Positions 8,541-19,500 of a stretch of DNA of 64,000 nucleotides are shown here, in pieces. Below the pieces are notes generated by a model. The model saw only the letters and a list, made by a program, of their open reading frames with translations, was not told the origin of the DNA and did not search any database. Made by a program: the position numbers and the translations under genes. The first letter of the stretch is position 1; each line of letters opens with the position of its first letter. This stretch comes from a virus, in IMG/VR virus record IMGVR_UViG_3300017917_003732, positions 22,996 through 86,995 of that record; one strand, 5' to 3'.

Positions 8541-9100
8541 TTCTCACCATACTTTCTTAAAAGGGTGTCAATCTCTTGGGTAGGAATACCTGAGCTATCC
8601 TTAACTGTGACCACTACCACGCTAGGCGTTACTACGATGACCTGATCAACATCCCTATTGGTCACCCCATCCGGAAGGATCACTTCTGTTGGTTTATCTT
8701 CCCCAGGGGGTGTGAAAACAACAGTTTTGGGGTTAGAGAATAATCCGGGCTCTCGAATAGGCACCACTACTGCCTGAGTATCACCCTTGGAGTCCGGCTG
8801 CCCAATAGGGATAATCCTTCCGTTCTTGTCTACTCTATTCGGATCCACCGAATTGGAGATATCGATAGTTTTTCTCCCATCCGATTTTCTCCCAAGAAGC
8901 TTGCTGAGAAGGCCCCCAACCTGAAGCTCCTTGAACCCCATCGAAACCAATAAAACGGCGCCGAGAACTACCACCAAGGCGAAGATAAGCTTCAGGACAT
9001 CAGGAGTTGCCCAACAAAGGAAGCCCCATAGCCTGGACACGGTCGCCTTGCAGGCTTCCCATGCTCGCTTACCACAGGACTTACCGAAAAGATCAGGCAT
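8537..9100 (-). CDS. Single-TM membrane protein with Pro/Val-rich soluble domain
   Basis: Hydrophobic segment LIFALVVVLGAVLLVSMGF; ATG 9100 has AGGA upstream and overlaps the stop of the J-domain gene. Confidence 0.7.
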   Translation of the reverse strand: MPDLFGKSCGKRAWEACKATVSRLWGFLCWATPDVLKLIFALVVVLGAVLLVSMGFKELQVGGLLSKLLGRKSDGRKTIDISNSVDPNRVDKNGRIIPIGQPDSKGDTQAVVVPIREPGLFSNPKTVVFTPPGEDKPTEVILPDGVTNRDVDQVIVVTPSVVVVTVKDSSGIPTQEIDTLLRKYGEN

Positions 9101-10409
9101 GAATCGTCCTAAATAAGTCGTACATTGACATTCCAAGAACCTCAGCCGCTTGCCTTAAAGTCATTTCGGAAGCAACAGACAAGAGACTCGATGTCTTCGA
9201 CTCAGGAAGGTACTCCTCAGCAGCCTTTTCCAAAGCAAGATGAAGCCATGAAGGTTCAGAGGTTAGGCAGTCAGTCAGATGAGTGATTGCCGTAGCGGCA
9301 TCAAACTTGAGGCTAAAACCCCCCCGACTCCCTCGAAGACGGCTGAGATTAAAGGGACGACCTTCGGATATCTCCCAATTCATGACATAGGGGATGAAAG
9401 ATTTCTTGAGATTCTCCACTGTAGCATCTGTCAATTGACAGTCCTTACCGTTCACTCGAACGAAAAATTCGTATGAGTCGGCATTATCCATTCTCTTTTT
9501 CTCCGCCTTCATACGACTAATCTTCTCACGACTATACTTTGTATAAACCTCAACCACACTCTTTCGTCCGACTACCGAAGGGTCCTCGTCGTTGAGAAGA
9601 CCACATCCAACAAGGATGTCCTTTAGCGCCGCCCCTCCAGAGCGAGGAATTTTTTTAATGACCTCTTCCGTGGGTCGGTCCCATTGCCAAGCAACAAACT
9701 TCTTGGCGGGTTTAGGGGTTGCCCCGTCAGCCCATTGAGTCCCAATTAGCTTGATGTATTTAGTAGCAATCTTGGCAACGTTCTGAGACAAGGGGGCATC
9801 AACCCAAGAAACTTGCCAATCCTCCATGACCTTGGTACGCTGCCCCATGTCAGTCGGGATTGTCCCCCCACTCTCACCTCTCTCCTTGATAGCAAGGAAT
9901 ATGTGCTTTGATTCGGTACGACCATAAAGAGTCCAAACTCGATGCCCAGGATAGTAAGATTTTTCCCAATACCACTCAGGAATCGATACGAATTTCCACT
10001 CAACCCCTGAGGGGGGTGTATTTGAGGACCAAGCTTTCGAAAAGTTTTGACCCTCCATAACCGAATCTGGCCCAGTCGGAGGCTTTTGACGACTCCACTC
10101 GTAATTCTTGTCCTGAGGGCGACCAGGTTCGTTAGTCGGCCGACTCTTTCCTGTTAGGATATCCTTTGCTACGTTTACCTCCACCATCTTCGCAGGGTCA
10201 CCGCCCCGATCGGGATGGTTTTCAAATGCCTTGCTGCGATAAGCCTTCATGATCTCTTCCGGACTCGGGGAAGAAAGGGGAGGAAATCCCAAGACCTGCT
10301 TGGCTTGCTCCATCGACATCGCAAGCAAAAGACGCGCGTACCGAGCTTCGAATTCGACTTGAGCGTATCGATTCGCTATTTTGTTGATTAGTGTCAAATC
10401 AGTGTGCAC
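9093..10409 (-). CDS. DnaJ (J-domain) protein with possible C-terminal HTH
   Basis: AKQVLG...EIMKAYRSKAFENHPDRGGDPAKMVEVNVAKDIL (HPD motif); C-terminal MTLRQAAEVLGMS. Confidence 0.85.
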   Translation of the reverse strand: MHTDLTLINKIANRYAQVEFEARYARLLLAMSMEQAKQVLGFPPLSSPSPEEIMKAYRSKAFENHPDRGGDPAKMVEVNVAKDILTGKSRPTNEPGRPQDKNYEWSRQKPPTGPDSVMEGQNFSKAWSSNTPPSGVEWKFVSIPEWYWEKSYYPGHRVWTLYGRTESKHIFLAIKERGESGGTIPTDMGQRTKVMEDWQVSWVDAPLSQNVAKIATKYIKLIGTQWADGATPKPAKKFVAWQWDRPTEEVIKKIPRSGGAALKDILVGCGLLNDEDPSVVGRKSVVEVYTKYSREKISRMKAEKKRMDNADSYEFFVRVNGKDCQLTDATVENLKKSFIPYVMNWEISEGRPFNLSRLRGSRGGFSLKFDAATAITHLTDCLTSEPSWLHLALEKAAEEYLPESKTSSLLSVASEMTLRQAAEVLGMSMYDLFRTIHA

Positions 10410-10425
10410 GATATCCTCATAAACT

Positions 10426-10890
10426 TTAGGACTTGTCTTTTTTCCCCTCAGCTACAACAAGCGTTGGGCGAGTCTCATCCGCTGGGGGTGGCTCCGTAGC
10501 AACAGGAGGGAGCCCATTATCTTCCTCCGCCTTTGCGGGATTACTCTTGATCCAAGCTCGGATACGATTGTAAATGAAAGCAGAGAATAGGCCGCACACC
10601 GCACCAAACATGATGCGACCACTTCGGGTGCCATTGGTCAATTCCGGCCAAACAAAAGTTTTTGCCATAAGACCCATGAGGCCTCCGACAAAAATCGTGA
10701 GGACTGGCAAACACACCTCATTCCATAGACGAAAAGCAAGGGTTGTCTGCCGTACCCGCCCAGTTTCTACAAGGACCTTCCAAGTCCCTTCAATCAATCG
10801 CCTGACGAAATATGTGACAACATATACCGCCAGACAAATGTAGATAAACTGTTGACTGACTATGGCGTTAACTAGGGAGTCAAGGTCCAT
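10426..10890 (-). CDS. Holin-like membrane protein (3 predicted TM segments, charged C-terminal tail)
   Basis: Three hydrophobic stretches (FIYICLAVYVVTYFV; LPVLTIFVGGLMGLMA; IMFGAVCGLFSAFIY); located downstream of the tail genes; GGAG upstream of ATG 10890. Confidence 0.6.
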   Translation of the reverse strand: MDLDSLVNAIVSQQFIYICLAVYVVTYFVRRLIEGTWKVLVETGRVRQTTLAFRLWNEVCLPVLTIFVGGLMGLMAKTFVWPELTNGTRSGRIMFGAVCGLFSAFIYNRIRAWIKSNPAKAEEDNGLPPVATEPPPADETRPTLVVAEGKKDKS

Positions 10891-10901
10891 TATGAGAGAT
10901 C

Positions 10902-10943
10902 TCCAACGAGGCACAGCTATAAAACGAACCGCACCTCGTTAGA
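10902..10943 (-). promoter_or_regulatory. 17-bp SD-sequestering hairpin with candidate late promoter motif in its loop
   Basis: UCUAACGAGGUGCGGUU pairs with AGCUGUGCCUCGUUGGA (5 G-U pairs), loop CGUUUUAU; the GGA of SD GGAG is paired. Confidence 0.75.
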
Positions 10944-10954
10944 GTCCAGGACCC

Positions 10955-11251
10955 TTAGTCCTCGTCTACCGAGAGGCTCTCAACGACTTCTACCGTATGA
11001 TGTTGAGGCTTTCTCTGTGCCTCATTTTTGGAAGGATTCGGATTGGCCTTTGACTTAGAAGGCACTAAGTTCCCAATATCCAAGCTCTCCCACTTTCCAG
11101 CCCATTTTAGCTGTTCCTGAAGTTCCATCCTCTGAACCGGAGTGAGGTGCGGATTACGGAGGAGAAGTTGAATTTGCCGCCTTGCATTCGCAGCCCCAAC
11201 TGCCCGAACTTCTTTTGGCACTTCATGCAGGGTCAGAGTTCGAATCGCCAT
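10955..11251 (-). CDS. Small hypothetical protein (98 aa)
   Basis: ATG 11251 lies one base after the upstream stop; fills the gap before the holin leader. Confidence 0.65.
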   Translation of the reverse strand: MAIRTLTLHEVPKEVRAVGAANARRQIQLLLRNPHLTPVQRMELQEQLKWAGKWESLDIGNLVPSKSKANPNPSKNEAQRKPQHHTVEVVESLSVDED

Positions 11252-11252
11252 T

Positions 11253-14200
11253 TCAGAAACCCCCCATCCTATTGGGTAGCGAAATCGAAGCTGGGTCAAC
11301 CTCATACTTGGTACGGTTCTTCAAAAGAGGGTGGCCTTCGATTCGATACAGATCCGCCGCTGAACTACCCTCACTCGTGCCATTAGTCCCAATGATGACA
11401 GTTGCTCCTGCCGACGTCACATCCAATGTCATAACGCGTGTCACCACTGCCAACAATAGCTCGTCACCCGCACTAGCCTGATTGACTCCGACACTAGTAG
11501 GAGAGTTACGAACAAGGTAAGCACGTCCAATAATCGCCTTGGTGCCTCGACCAGAGCCATTGATGTTACTGTATATCGCACCGATCTCGCCCCCAGGGCG
11601 GTCACCGGAACCAAGAAACATGGAACCGCCTCGGGTCACTCGGAAGTTCGTCAAAAGTTCATACAGGCCTGGCTCACCGTCCACGTGAACTAAGATATCC
11701 CCGGGCACTCCAGTCGAAATAGAGGCGGGCATAAGAGAGATTTCTTCCTGCTCCAAGGTATTCGTTCGACCGAGGCTAGCAGAGATAGAGCCGATTCCGA
11801 TATCTTCCAGATACTGAAGAGGGCAAGCGTTTACATTCGTGAAACGACCACCGTGAAAATCCTTGTCCCGATAGAGAGACCCAAGCGGTAGTCTTTCGGT
11901 GCACCCCAGATACTCAGGATTTGATCCTGGATCAAAGAAATCCCCTCCAGGGTTGAGTGCTCCAATCTTGAGACTTGGGCGATCCTCGACTGAGGAAACC
12001 GGTGGGAAAGAACCGGGGTCCTCATAACCAACATTCCTAAAGTCATAGACGTTTGGCGAAACCAAGTCACCAGATAGTCGGCCCGTCCCAAGTGTGGTGA
12101 TGAAACCAGTCGAAGCCAAAACCTCTAGTGGCTTCTGATTGGGCCTAGTCAAGTTCGAAATATCTAGGAATGACGAGCTAAGCTGATATGCAGTATAACT
12201 CGTCAGAGGTCCCGGAGTGAATCCAAGATCCAAGTAATTGGATTGCGAGCCCCAGGGGTCCCCCTGATAAGGCGTTCGGCTGTAATTGATCAATGCAGTG
12301 TCGAAACTCGTGAGAGGCCCAGGAAGAATAGTTGTAGGACCATGAATAACAGGAGAGGAAATGTTCGCTTCCCGAGTCGCCTCCTTTAGCTCTGTACGAG
12401 TCCTAGACAGAAGAAGCTTGAATGGTTTCCCTAGGTCGAAAGAACCGCGATCAAAGCCAAAGATACTCGCTGTGATCACATAATGCTTCGAGCGGAAACT
12501 ACCGATCGGTACCGGACTCTTGGATAAGTCTAGGGCCTCAGCGTTGAGAACGAAGTATGAGTCGCCATCATCATCAACTTCAATCCACAAGATAGGGCCA
12601 TCAAAATTCTGGCGAAGAAGGTTTTTGGCTCCGGAGCCAGTATACTCTCTCGTGCTAGGATTGTAACTTGGCCCATTGGTCTTGTAGTCAACTGCCTCGT
12701 AAACCGCCCAAAGACGAGCAACCCCATAAAATGGGGGAAGCTGGAGCCCCTGACGGCCAAGACCTCTTGAATCATCAAAGAACTTTATCCCAGCAAACGT
12801 GACACCACTATAAGAGAACGCTGCATTGTATGTTGCATCAACAATTGTGGACCCTGACAGGTTTCCTGTAGAAAATGCAGCATAAGAAGCCGATCCTTCA
12901 TTGGTATAGCTTATATACTGCTTATTATGGTCGGTATCTGTGAGGCTTGTTGAAGATCCCTCATGCGATTGCAGCATGAAGTTGATACCACGGTGAAAGG
13001 TGGCATTGTTTTCAGCAAGGATTGGGAGACGGACCTCCCCCCAACCCGGTACTAGATGCCTCGGCAGAGTAACATAGAAGTTCTTTTCATTTGCTTCTGT
13101 TTGAGTAGACCCCGAAAACAAGTTGAGAGGGTCTGTTGTGGCCCACTTGGCAGTGACACCGTCTGCCTTCTTCAAGGGCATTAACCCTTGCGCATGATAG
13201 ACCGCATATTGAGTGGTCGAAATATCCGGGACAATGGGAATAGGATTTCCGTAAACGGTCAAAGAATTAGAGGTATGTGACTGTATTACGTATTGCCCCT
13301 TAGCCGGACCCGAGAGGATCACCAAAACATCACTTTCGTCAAGTACCGAAGTGAAGTCTACCGCTGGAATTCCCTCATCTGTGAGGGTACTAACTGTTAA
13401 CCCTGTAGGAGTCCTAGGCTCTACGATCGGGGTACCGAAGATATTCTCCCCTGCCCCGTTGAGGGCTGAAACCGAGATCGGGAATCCGATTCTCTGGTAC
13501 GGAGTCAAGATCACAGTTTTTGAACCCAGATCCGCATAAGCCTCAGAAGTTACTGGAAGCATACCCTTATAGGACTGGTTCCGGTACTTACTCCAAAGCA
13601 TTGCCCATGATGTCCGAAGAGGAAAGTTAGTTTGTGGCACACCAGATGGCTGAGTCAAAAGTTCGGCATAGGGGTGATAGAGCGTAATGTTATGAATTGA
13701 GTCCGGACGACGGGATAACCCACGACCCCCACCGTACTGCACATTAACCGTAACATAGAGGTTAGGGTTGCTATTTTTGCTAATTGGGAAAGGTGCCCCA
13801 TTTCCAACGATCTGAATCTCTAGGTCAGAGGAAGATGTCGGAGTAGTTGGGACCGAACGAACAATGAACCTATGCTGAGGAAGAGATTCGGGATACCCAT
13901 CGATACGAACTTGCACTGACCCCAAACCTTTACGCACTTCATAGAATGACCCATCCGTTGCCGGAATAGTCCCCTCCACAGTGAGCTCATCCGAAGCGAC
14001 ACTAGTGATAAGATAGGTCCCCTTGGAGTTGCCATAGAAGATGACGAGTGTGTCCGCTGCTTCTACTCCAGCTGTGACGAAGTTGATAGTATCCGTAAAG
14101 TGCGAGTTCCCAGTTGACACGCCCCCGCTTTTCGAAATAACCACCTCATTGAGTAACCGCACCTGGTCTGCGTCTGCTCCCGGAGTCGTGGTCTTGAAAG

Positions 14201-15878
14201 GAGCCACGGGGATGACAATTTTATCCCCTACCGTTCTCTCTGCGGGATCCACATTCGAAAGAGGTTCGGACGAGTCGGCTGTCCAGGTATCACCGACAGC
14301 CTGTCTGGTAGTGACAGCACTGATTACGTTAAGGGCCCAGCTAGAAGCAACCGGCTGTGCACCACTTGAAACCGCCCCGGTATACGGAGTACAAAGAATC
14401 TCGACAGGTTGTTGAACCGACGCATCTGAGAAGATCATTCGAATGCGGTCAGGCGCATCAAGCTTGGTTATGCCAAGACTATTTGCCTGAGAAGAGCTGA
14501 TCTTGTCTTCGTAAAAAACATAAGTCCCTTGGGTGCCAGACCCAGACCGTTTCCAGTTGGCTCTGAGCTGTCCTCGAAGGAGACGATCAAGGTTGCTCTT
14601 CAATATCGTGTTATAGCCCACCCCATTGGGCGTAACTACATGCCGAAGGTCTAAGATATCCGTTTGGGTGATCTGGTCTGAGAACAAACCATCAGGGCGA
14701 CCGGAGAGAATTTTGACGGATGAGCCAGAGGGATGAGCTTCCGCTTTAGTGCCATTTCTCCCACGAACAACACCACCAATAGTGTTTCCCGTAACCGTGT
14801 TATAGGTCATAATCTCGTCGCCGATCTGAATCAAAGCCGACGACCCGGGGTTTGCTGGAAGTGGGATATCTGTGGACGACATCAGGGTAATCGAAGTCGC
14901 CGAATCCGTAATAGAAGCGGCCAAAGTAGGTGCCGCAGCAAAAGTCTTTACCCCAGACCTATCCGTAGCCGTTGGGTTGCGATTGAATCCACCATTGAGG
15001 TTCTGAGACGGATCTCCGGCCCAAGCTACTGAGTTACGACGAAAGACAACACAAACCGGAACGGCGTACACATATCCATCTACCGTTCCGAGATCATTTA
15101 CTGTTCCATCTCCAGCACGCCAAAGCCCAGGGTCCCCAAGTTCCTCTCGCATATTTACGAATGGGTAGCCACCTGCCGAAGGGGGAGCTGCCATCGTCCC
15201 CTGAGCCTTTACCGCAGTAGCATCAAATCCGTCAGGACAACTTGCCAAACCAATGAGGCCCTTGACCACCCGAAGGCGATACTGAAGTTGAGTTCGTTGA
15301 GAGGTCTCGAAACCGATAGCAGGATCTTGGATGTCATCAGCAAGGTAACTTGCACCACCCTCCACATTCCCGTAACGATATATGGCCGAAGAGCTAGGTT
15401 TGTTCAAGGCTGAAGGTCCCGGTGGAACGCGAGCTTTCCAAACTTCCAAAAACACAAAGTCCGCTCGGAAGTCACCGCTATTCGATGGGGGTGGGTCCAG
15501 TGTTATCTTATTCCAGGTATCAGTATTATTCGGAGATCCAGGAGGGGTTCCAACCTTGGTCCCCACCACAGGGATAAGCCAGCCATTTACCACAGCCCAA
15601 GTAATGGACCTCTTCTCGCCAGCACGCTGGCGACCAAACCGAAACCAATTGGACCAGCTGGCATTGGTCACGAATTCCTTCGATGGGTTGGTATCATTCC
15701 CAAGCCACCCAGAAGGGGTATTGTGCAAAACGAGCTGTTGTCTCCAATCAGCTTCGATCTGCTGCATCAAGTTCAATTCTGAGTCAAGCGGGCACTTTCC
15801 CTGTTGCCAAATTACCTCCACAAAGGCAGAATTCTTGGGATCAAGGACCCTACTCACGCCGCCGCCAAAGTTATCCAT
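11253..15878 (-). CDS. Large virion structural protein (baseplate/tail), paralog of 26679-29324
   Basis: N-terminal VIWQQGKCPLDSELNLMQQ (DUF4815-like from memory); shares DFVFLEVW, QYRLRV, GDPGLW.AGDG, LGTVDGY and RPDGL.SD with the 881-aa protein. Confidence 0.75.
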   Translation of the reverse strand: MDNFGGGVSRVLDPKNSAFVEVIWQQGKCPLDSELNLMQQIEADWRQQLVLHNTPSGWLGNDTNPSKEFVTNASWSNWFRFGRQRAGEKRSITWAVVNGWLIPVVGTKVGTPPGSPNNTDTWNKITLDPPPSNSGDFRADFVFLEVWKARVPPGPSALNKPSSSAIYRYGNVEGGASYLADDIQDPAIGFETSQRTQLQYRLRVVKGLIGLASCPDGFDATAVKAQGTMAAPPSAGGYPFVNMREELGDPGLWRAGDGTVNDLGTVDGYVYAVPVCVVFRRNSVAWAGDPSQNLNGGFNRNPTATDRSGVKTFAAAPTLAASITDSATSITLMSSTDIPLPANPGSSALIQIGDEIMTYNTVTGNTIGGVVRGRNGTKAEAHPSGSSVKILSGRPDGLFSDQITQTDILDLRHVVTPNGVGYNTILKSNLDRLLRGQLRANWKRSGSGTQGTYVFYEDKISSSQANSLGITKLDAPDRIRMIFSDASVQQPVEILCTPYTGAVSSGAQPVASSWALNVISAVTTRQAVGDTWTADSSEPLSNVDPAERTVGDKIVIPVAPFKTTTPGADADQVRLLNEVVISKSGGVSTGNSHFTDTINFVTAGVEAADTLVIFYGNSKGTYLITSVASDELTVEGTIPATDGSFYEVRKGLGSVQVRIDGYPESLPQHRFIVRSVPTTPTSSSDLEIQIVGNGAPFPISKNSNPNLYVTVNVQYGGGRGLSRRPDSIHNITLYHPYAELLTQPSGVPQTNFPLRTSWAMLWSKYRNQSYKGMLPVTSEAYADLGSKTVILTPYQRIGFPISVSALNGAGENIFGTPIVEPRTPTGLTVSTLTDEGIPAVDFTSVLDESDVLVILSGPAKGQYVIQSHTSNSLTVYGNPIPIVPDISTTQYAVYHAQGLMPLKKADGVTAKWATTDPLNLFSGSTQTEANEKNFYVTLPRHLVPGWGEVRLPILAENNATFHRGINFMLQSHEGSSTSLTDTDHNKQYISYTNEGSASYAAFSTGNLSGSTIVDATYNAAFSYSGVTFAGIKFFDDSRGLGRQGLQLPPFYGVARLWAVYEAVDYKTNGPSYNPSTREYTGSGAKNLLRQNFDGPILWIEVDDDGDSYFVLNAEALDLSKSPVPIGSFRSKHYVITASIFGFDRGSFDLGKPFKLLLSRTRTELKEATREANISSPVIHGPTTILPGPLTSFDTALINYSRTPYQGDPWGSQSNYLDLGFTPGPLTSYTAYQLSSSFLDISNLTRPNQKPLEVLASTGFITTLGTGRLSGDLVSPNVYDFRNVGYEDPGSFPPVSSVEDRPSLKIGALNPGGDFFDPGSNPEYLGCTERLPLGSLYRDKDFHGGRFTNVNACPLQYLEDIGIGSISASLGRTNTLEQEEISLMPASISTGVPGDILVHVDGEPGLYELLTNFRVTRGGSMFLGSGDRPGGEIGAIYSNINGSGRGTKAIIGRAYLVRNSPTSVGVNQASAGDELLLAVVTRVMTLDVTSAGATVIIGTNGTSEGSSAADLYRIEGHPLLKNRTKYEVDPASISLPNRMGGF

Positions 15879-15923
15879 TAGGCATTTCTCCGATTTGCAT
15901 CCGTTCTCGTTAGCTTGCGGCCA

Positions 15924-16583
15924 TTAGTATAGCACCGCCCAAGAACCTAGGAACACCCGAGCAACAGAACTAACATCTGTACTTCGAGTAAATCTAAGGA
16001 TCACCTGAGTACCCCTTGCAGAAATCGGAATCGAAACCAAAGATTTATCAGTTGCACTCAAGAACGTGACCCCGTTGTCGAAACTGATCTCAACCGTGAC
16101 ATGCACATCAGGGGAGAGCTCCTGGTAATAACGCTGAAATGAACCGTCAGCGTCGTCTACGTCAACATAAGTGAACAACTCATAGGTCACAATTGCCTGC
16201 GCAGGGCCCGCACCACCTCCAGACCACGAGATACTGAAGGCATCCGTTTGTAGAAACGGAGTCGGATTGACGAGATCAGTTGGGTACAATCCGATAAGAC
16301 CTCTTTCCCCGGAGAATACACCTTGACTTTGAGGCAAATTGACGTTGGCTGCGTCCAAAAGAGCATCATAGGTGATTTGGGTAAATAGTCCATGAGACCC
16401 TAAAATACCTTGATACTTCTTGGTCAAGAGATCCGCCAAGTCTACCGGATCTTGCACTGAAACATCATCCGGTACTCGCACTACATAATTCCCCGTGACC
16501 CTGGTCTGTGGGGGGTAGGTCGTAGTAGTTACGACATCATTAATGACATCCGTGAACAGATCAATCAGATAGTGGGTGCTCAC
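15924..16583 (-). CDS. Putative virion structural protein (219 aa)
   Basis: Beta-rich, VEISFDNGVTF motif, within the tail block, AGGAG SD before GTG. Confidence 0.6.
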   Translation of the reverse strand: MSTHYLIDLFTDVINDVVTTTTYPPQTRVTGNYVVRVPDDVSVQDPVDLADLLTKKYQGILGSHGLFTQITYDALLDAANVNLPQSQGVFSGERGLIGLYPTDLVNPTPFLQTDAFSISWSGGGAGPAQAIVTYELFTYVDVDDADGSFQRYYQELSPDVHVTVEISFDNGVTFLSATDKSLVSIPISARGTQVILRFTRSTDVSSVARVFLGSWAVLY

Positions 16584-16586
16584 GGA

Positions 16587-19500
16587 TTAGGCTCCCTTCT
16601 TAGCCGCTGTGATAAGGTCATATCCGTACCTGCCCCTAGTCTTAGACCGAACATTACTGAATCGCACAAGCTCAACCTTTCCGAGCGGAGTGGCCGTAAC
16701 CGGAGCCACATGAGGTTTTTGACCCATCTGCGCACTAGCGAGAGTATTACCTAGCTTACCTACACACGGACTCCCCGTCTTCCAAAAGGGCCGACCCATT
16801 CTCGGATAGTACTCACACACGTCGGTAGTACCGCTTTGAAATTCGACATTTTCGATACTCACCCCGTCAGCATCAACAACTTCAACCGTAGGGTAAGGGT
16901 CTCCAAACGTGTAGAGCACGATATCTTCCCTCTGAAGGGCAAATACCCGAGAGTTTGTAAGATAATCGTTCCAGTCATCCGGAGTACTGTACACCTCACT
17001 CGCATCGGTGGACGTCACGATAATCGTATCCGAGCTCCCCATTACATGAAACAAATACCTCTTGTCCAAACGCAATACACGTATGTCCTCTAGGTACCCC
17101 CAGCCTATAACAGGGGTGAATGTAAGGGGGTGAATTGCTCCATTAAGAGGCACGTAGTCCACATCGCTATAATCGGTACCCCCGAATGAAACCAATCCTG
17201 CCCCGGGCCAAATAAGAGTATAAGCTGACTTTGCAACCTCAGCGACAACCCTATCAGATCCCTCTGCCGCAGGCATTTCAAGAACATCCCCCTCATTCGC
17301 CAGTCCAACATACGGACCACTGCTCCCACTGGCAAGATAAGAGCCTCCCAGATAACCAAGGTTTCCACTAAATTCAGGAAGTAGGTAAGCCGTAGTTCCT
17401 ATCAAGTGTTCAGCTGCTACGGTATTTTGAGCCCCACGGTAAATAGAAAGAGTAGTGGCTCCACCGCTGACCCCATGTACCAATACAATTTCATCATCTA
17501 TCTTTAGGTAGTACTTTCTTGCCTCTGCATCAGGCAAGTAAGTAGCACTGGAAACTGACATCGTACTATCAGTAGCTAACATAGGGGCCGTGATCTCTAC
17601 GGATGTCTCATAAAGATCTAACGTCGGACCGTTACCAAGAACCGTATAGGGGTAGCGAACAGGCGGCTCATAAGTCAATGTAGTGTCACAATAGTCTGAG
17701 TAGATATTGGCGTAAACACCAACCAATGCACGAATACCGGGCTGAAGTACCGCACCCGAAACTGACCTTGAGAGCACCACATTTGTGTAAGAAGAGATAT
17801 CGAAACTCGGACCAAAGGACAGAGAATTGTAACGACTCCTATCTGTATCCTCATTCCACCAGCCAATCGAAAAGGCAACTTGCCACTTATTGAGCTTAGA
17901 ACTCCAAACTACCGAACAAGCTTGAAACTTGTAGGTGGGAGTATACATGGTATTGGGAGAGCTGTATCCTGGCCCAGGGACATCATTAGTTCCATTTCCG
18001 ATATGCTCGTTCGCGTAACAAAGATGGCCGCAAGACTGAAGTCCCAAGTCTTTTGAAAGAAGCCAGTAGTAGGCTGAGGACCCTACATTATTCAACGCAC
18101 ACACGAAGAAGTCCTGCCCGTTCCAACCAACCGACGCATGTGCATAATCGGAGGAAAGACCCAAGCCAAAGTTGAATTCTGCCGTTGCTTGCCCATCTGA
18201 ACTGATAGCACGAGCCATTAAGTACGCCCCTCGATTATAGAAGAGTACATACTTATCTTGACTCTCGACATAGATCGAAGCCCAGAGATCACTAACCTCC
18301 GTTCCAACTCCCGAAGGGATTCCGTAGACCGACTTCACGATCATACCAGTACCAACAGTTCCAGAAGTCGGACCATCTGACATCCTGGCATCTTTTGCCA
18401 AAGGAGTGACCCCATCCCCAGACAGAATCATGCCATAGACGAGATCCCCTATGTTCACCCCTGGCCGAAGCGGGCTCACCCCTAGCTGCACCTGCCCGTT
18501 AGAGGAGTCATAGGCCACGACGGGGTAAACCCCAGCCAAGTTAGAGCTTGTGGCACTGTTGTACTGGAGCGACAACGCCTCTGCGGATTCCTTAGTTACA
18601 TCAGCTGACGCGCTCGTCTTGGTGACCAGAATAAGGTCTCCAGGCTTGACCACGTATGTTTCTCTGGTGAGGGTAAGACATAACTTACCGTCATTGTTGA
18701 TCCATCCAATAGCCTGGCTGTCACTGGCAGCCTCAGAACTCTCTGCACTATAGGTTCCGTGTGCAGCAACAACTTGGAAGTTTGACCTCAGTCCTTCTTT
18801 CGGGAAGGTGAAGAACTTTAGGTCATAATCAGTCGAAATGCCACTGTCTTGGAACTTATAGATATAGGTGACAGTGAATCCAGAACCATTCCAAGTGATC
18901 TTTGGATCCTTGATTGAGCCATTCCTTGCAGTCTCACCAGGCCACTTATCAATGATATAGCTTGTTGCATTGAAGGCAGAATTACTCCTACCAGAATCAA
19001 AGGACAAGGTGCCTCCCTGCCCCCGACGAAACAGAGTCACTCCAAGAATAGGCCTACCCAACTCGCTATTCATCTGATTTTCATCAGTAAAGGCCTGGAC
19101 TGTCTTATTGAGCCCCGCTAACCAAACTACAGCCAAAACACCCTCGGCATAACAAGCGTCTACCTCAACCATGTCCACGATCTCTAGAGATCGTGTATCC
19201 GCATTACAGGCGTTTTTGTAGAAAGGTACGTTCTTGTTTGGCCCCGGTGGGTTACCACCCCCGTTTCCGATATAAGCGAATGCCTTGATCTTCGGGACCT
19301 CAAACATTTGATAAACCGTGGAATCCCTAACAACAGCCCCTCCAGCCACGGCCTCGTCAAGAATCAAGTCCTCTTCATCAGTTCCCAAGTCGAACAAAAG
19401 AAGGCCCCTCGGGACAATAAGTAGACCTAAGAAGGTTTTTCCGGTCCAAATGGCCCGAGCTCCATAAGTTGGCTTACGTTTTGCGTTAGTAGCGTAAGCT

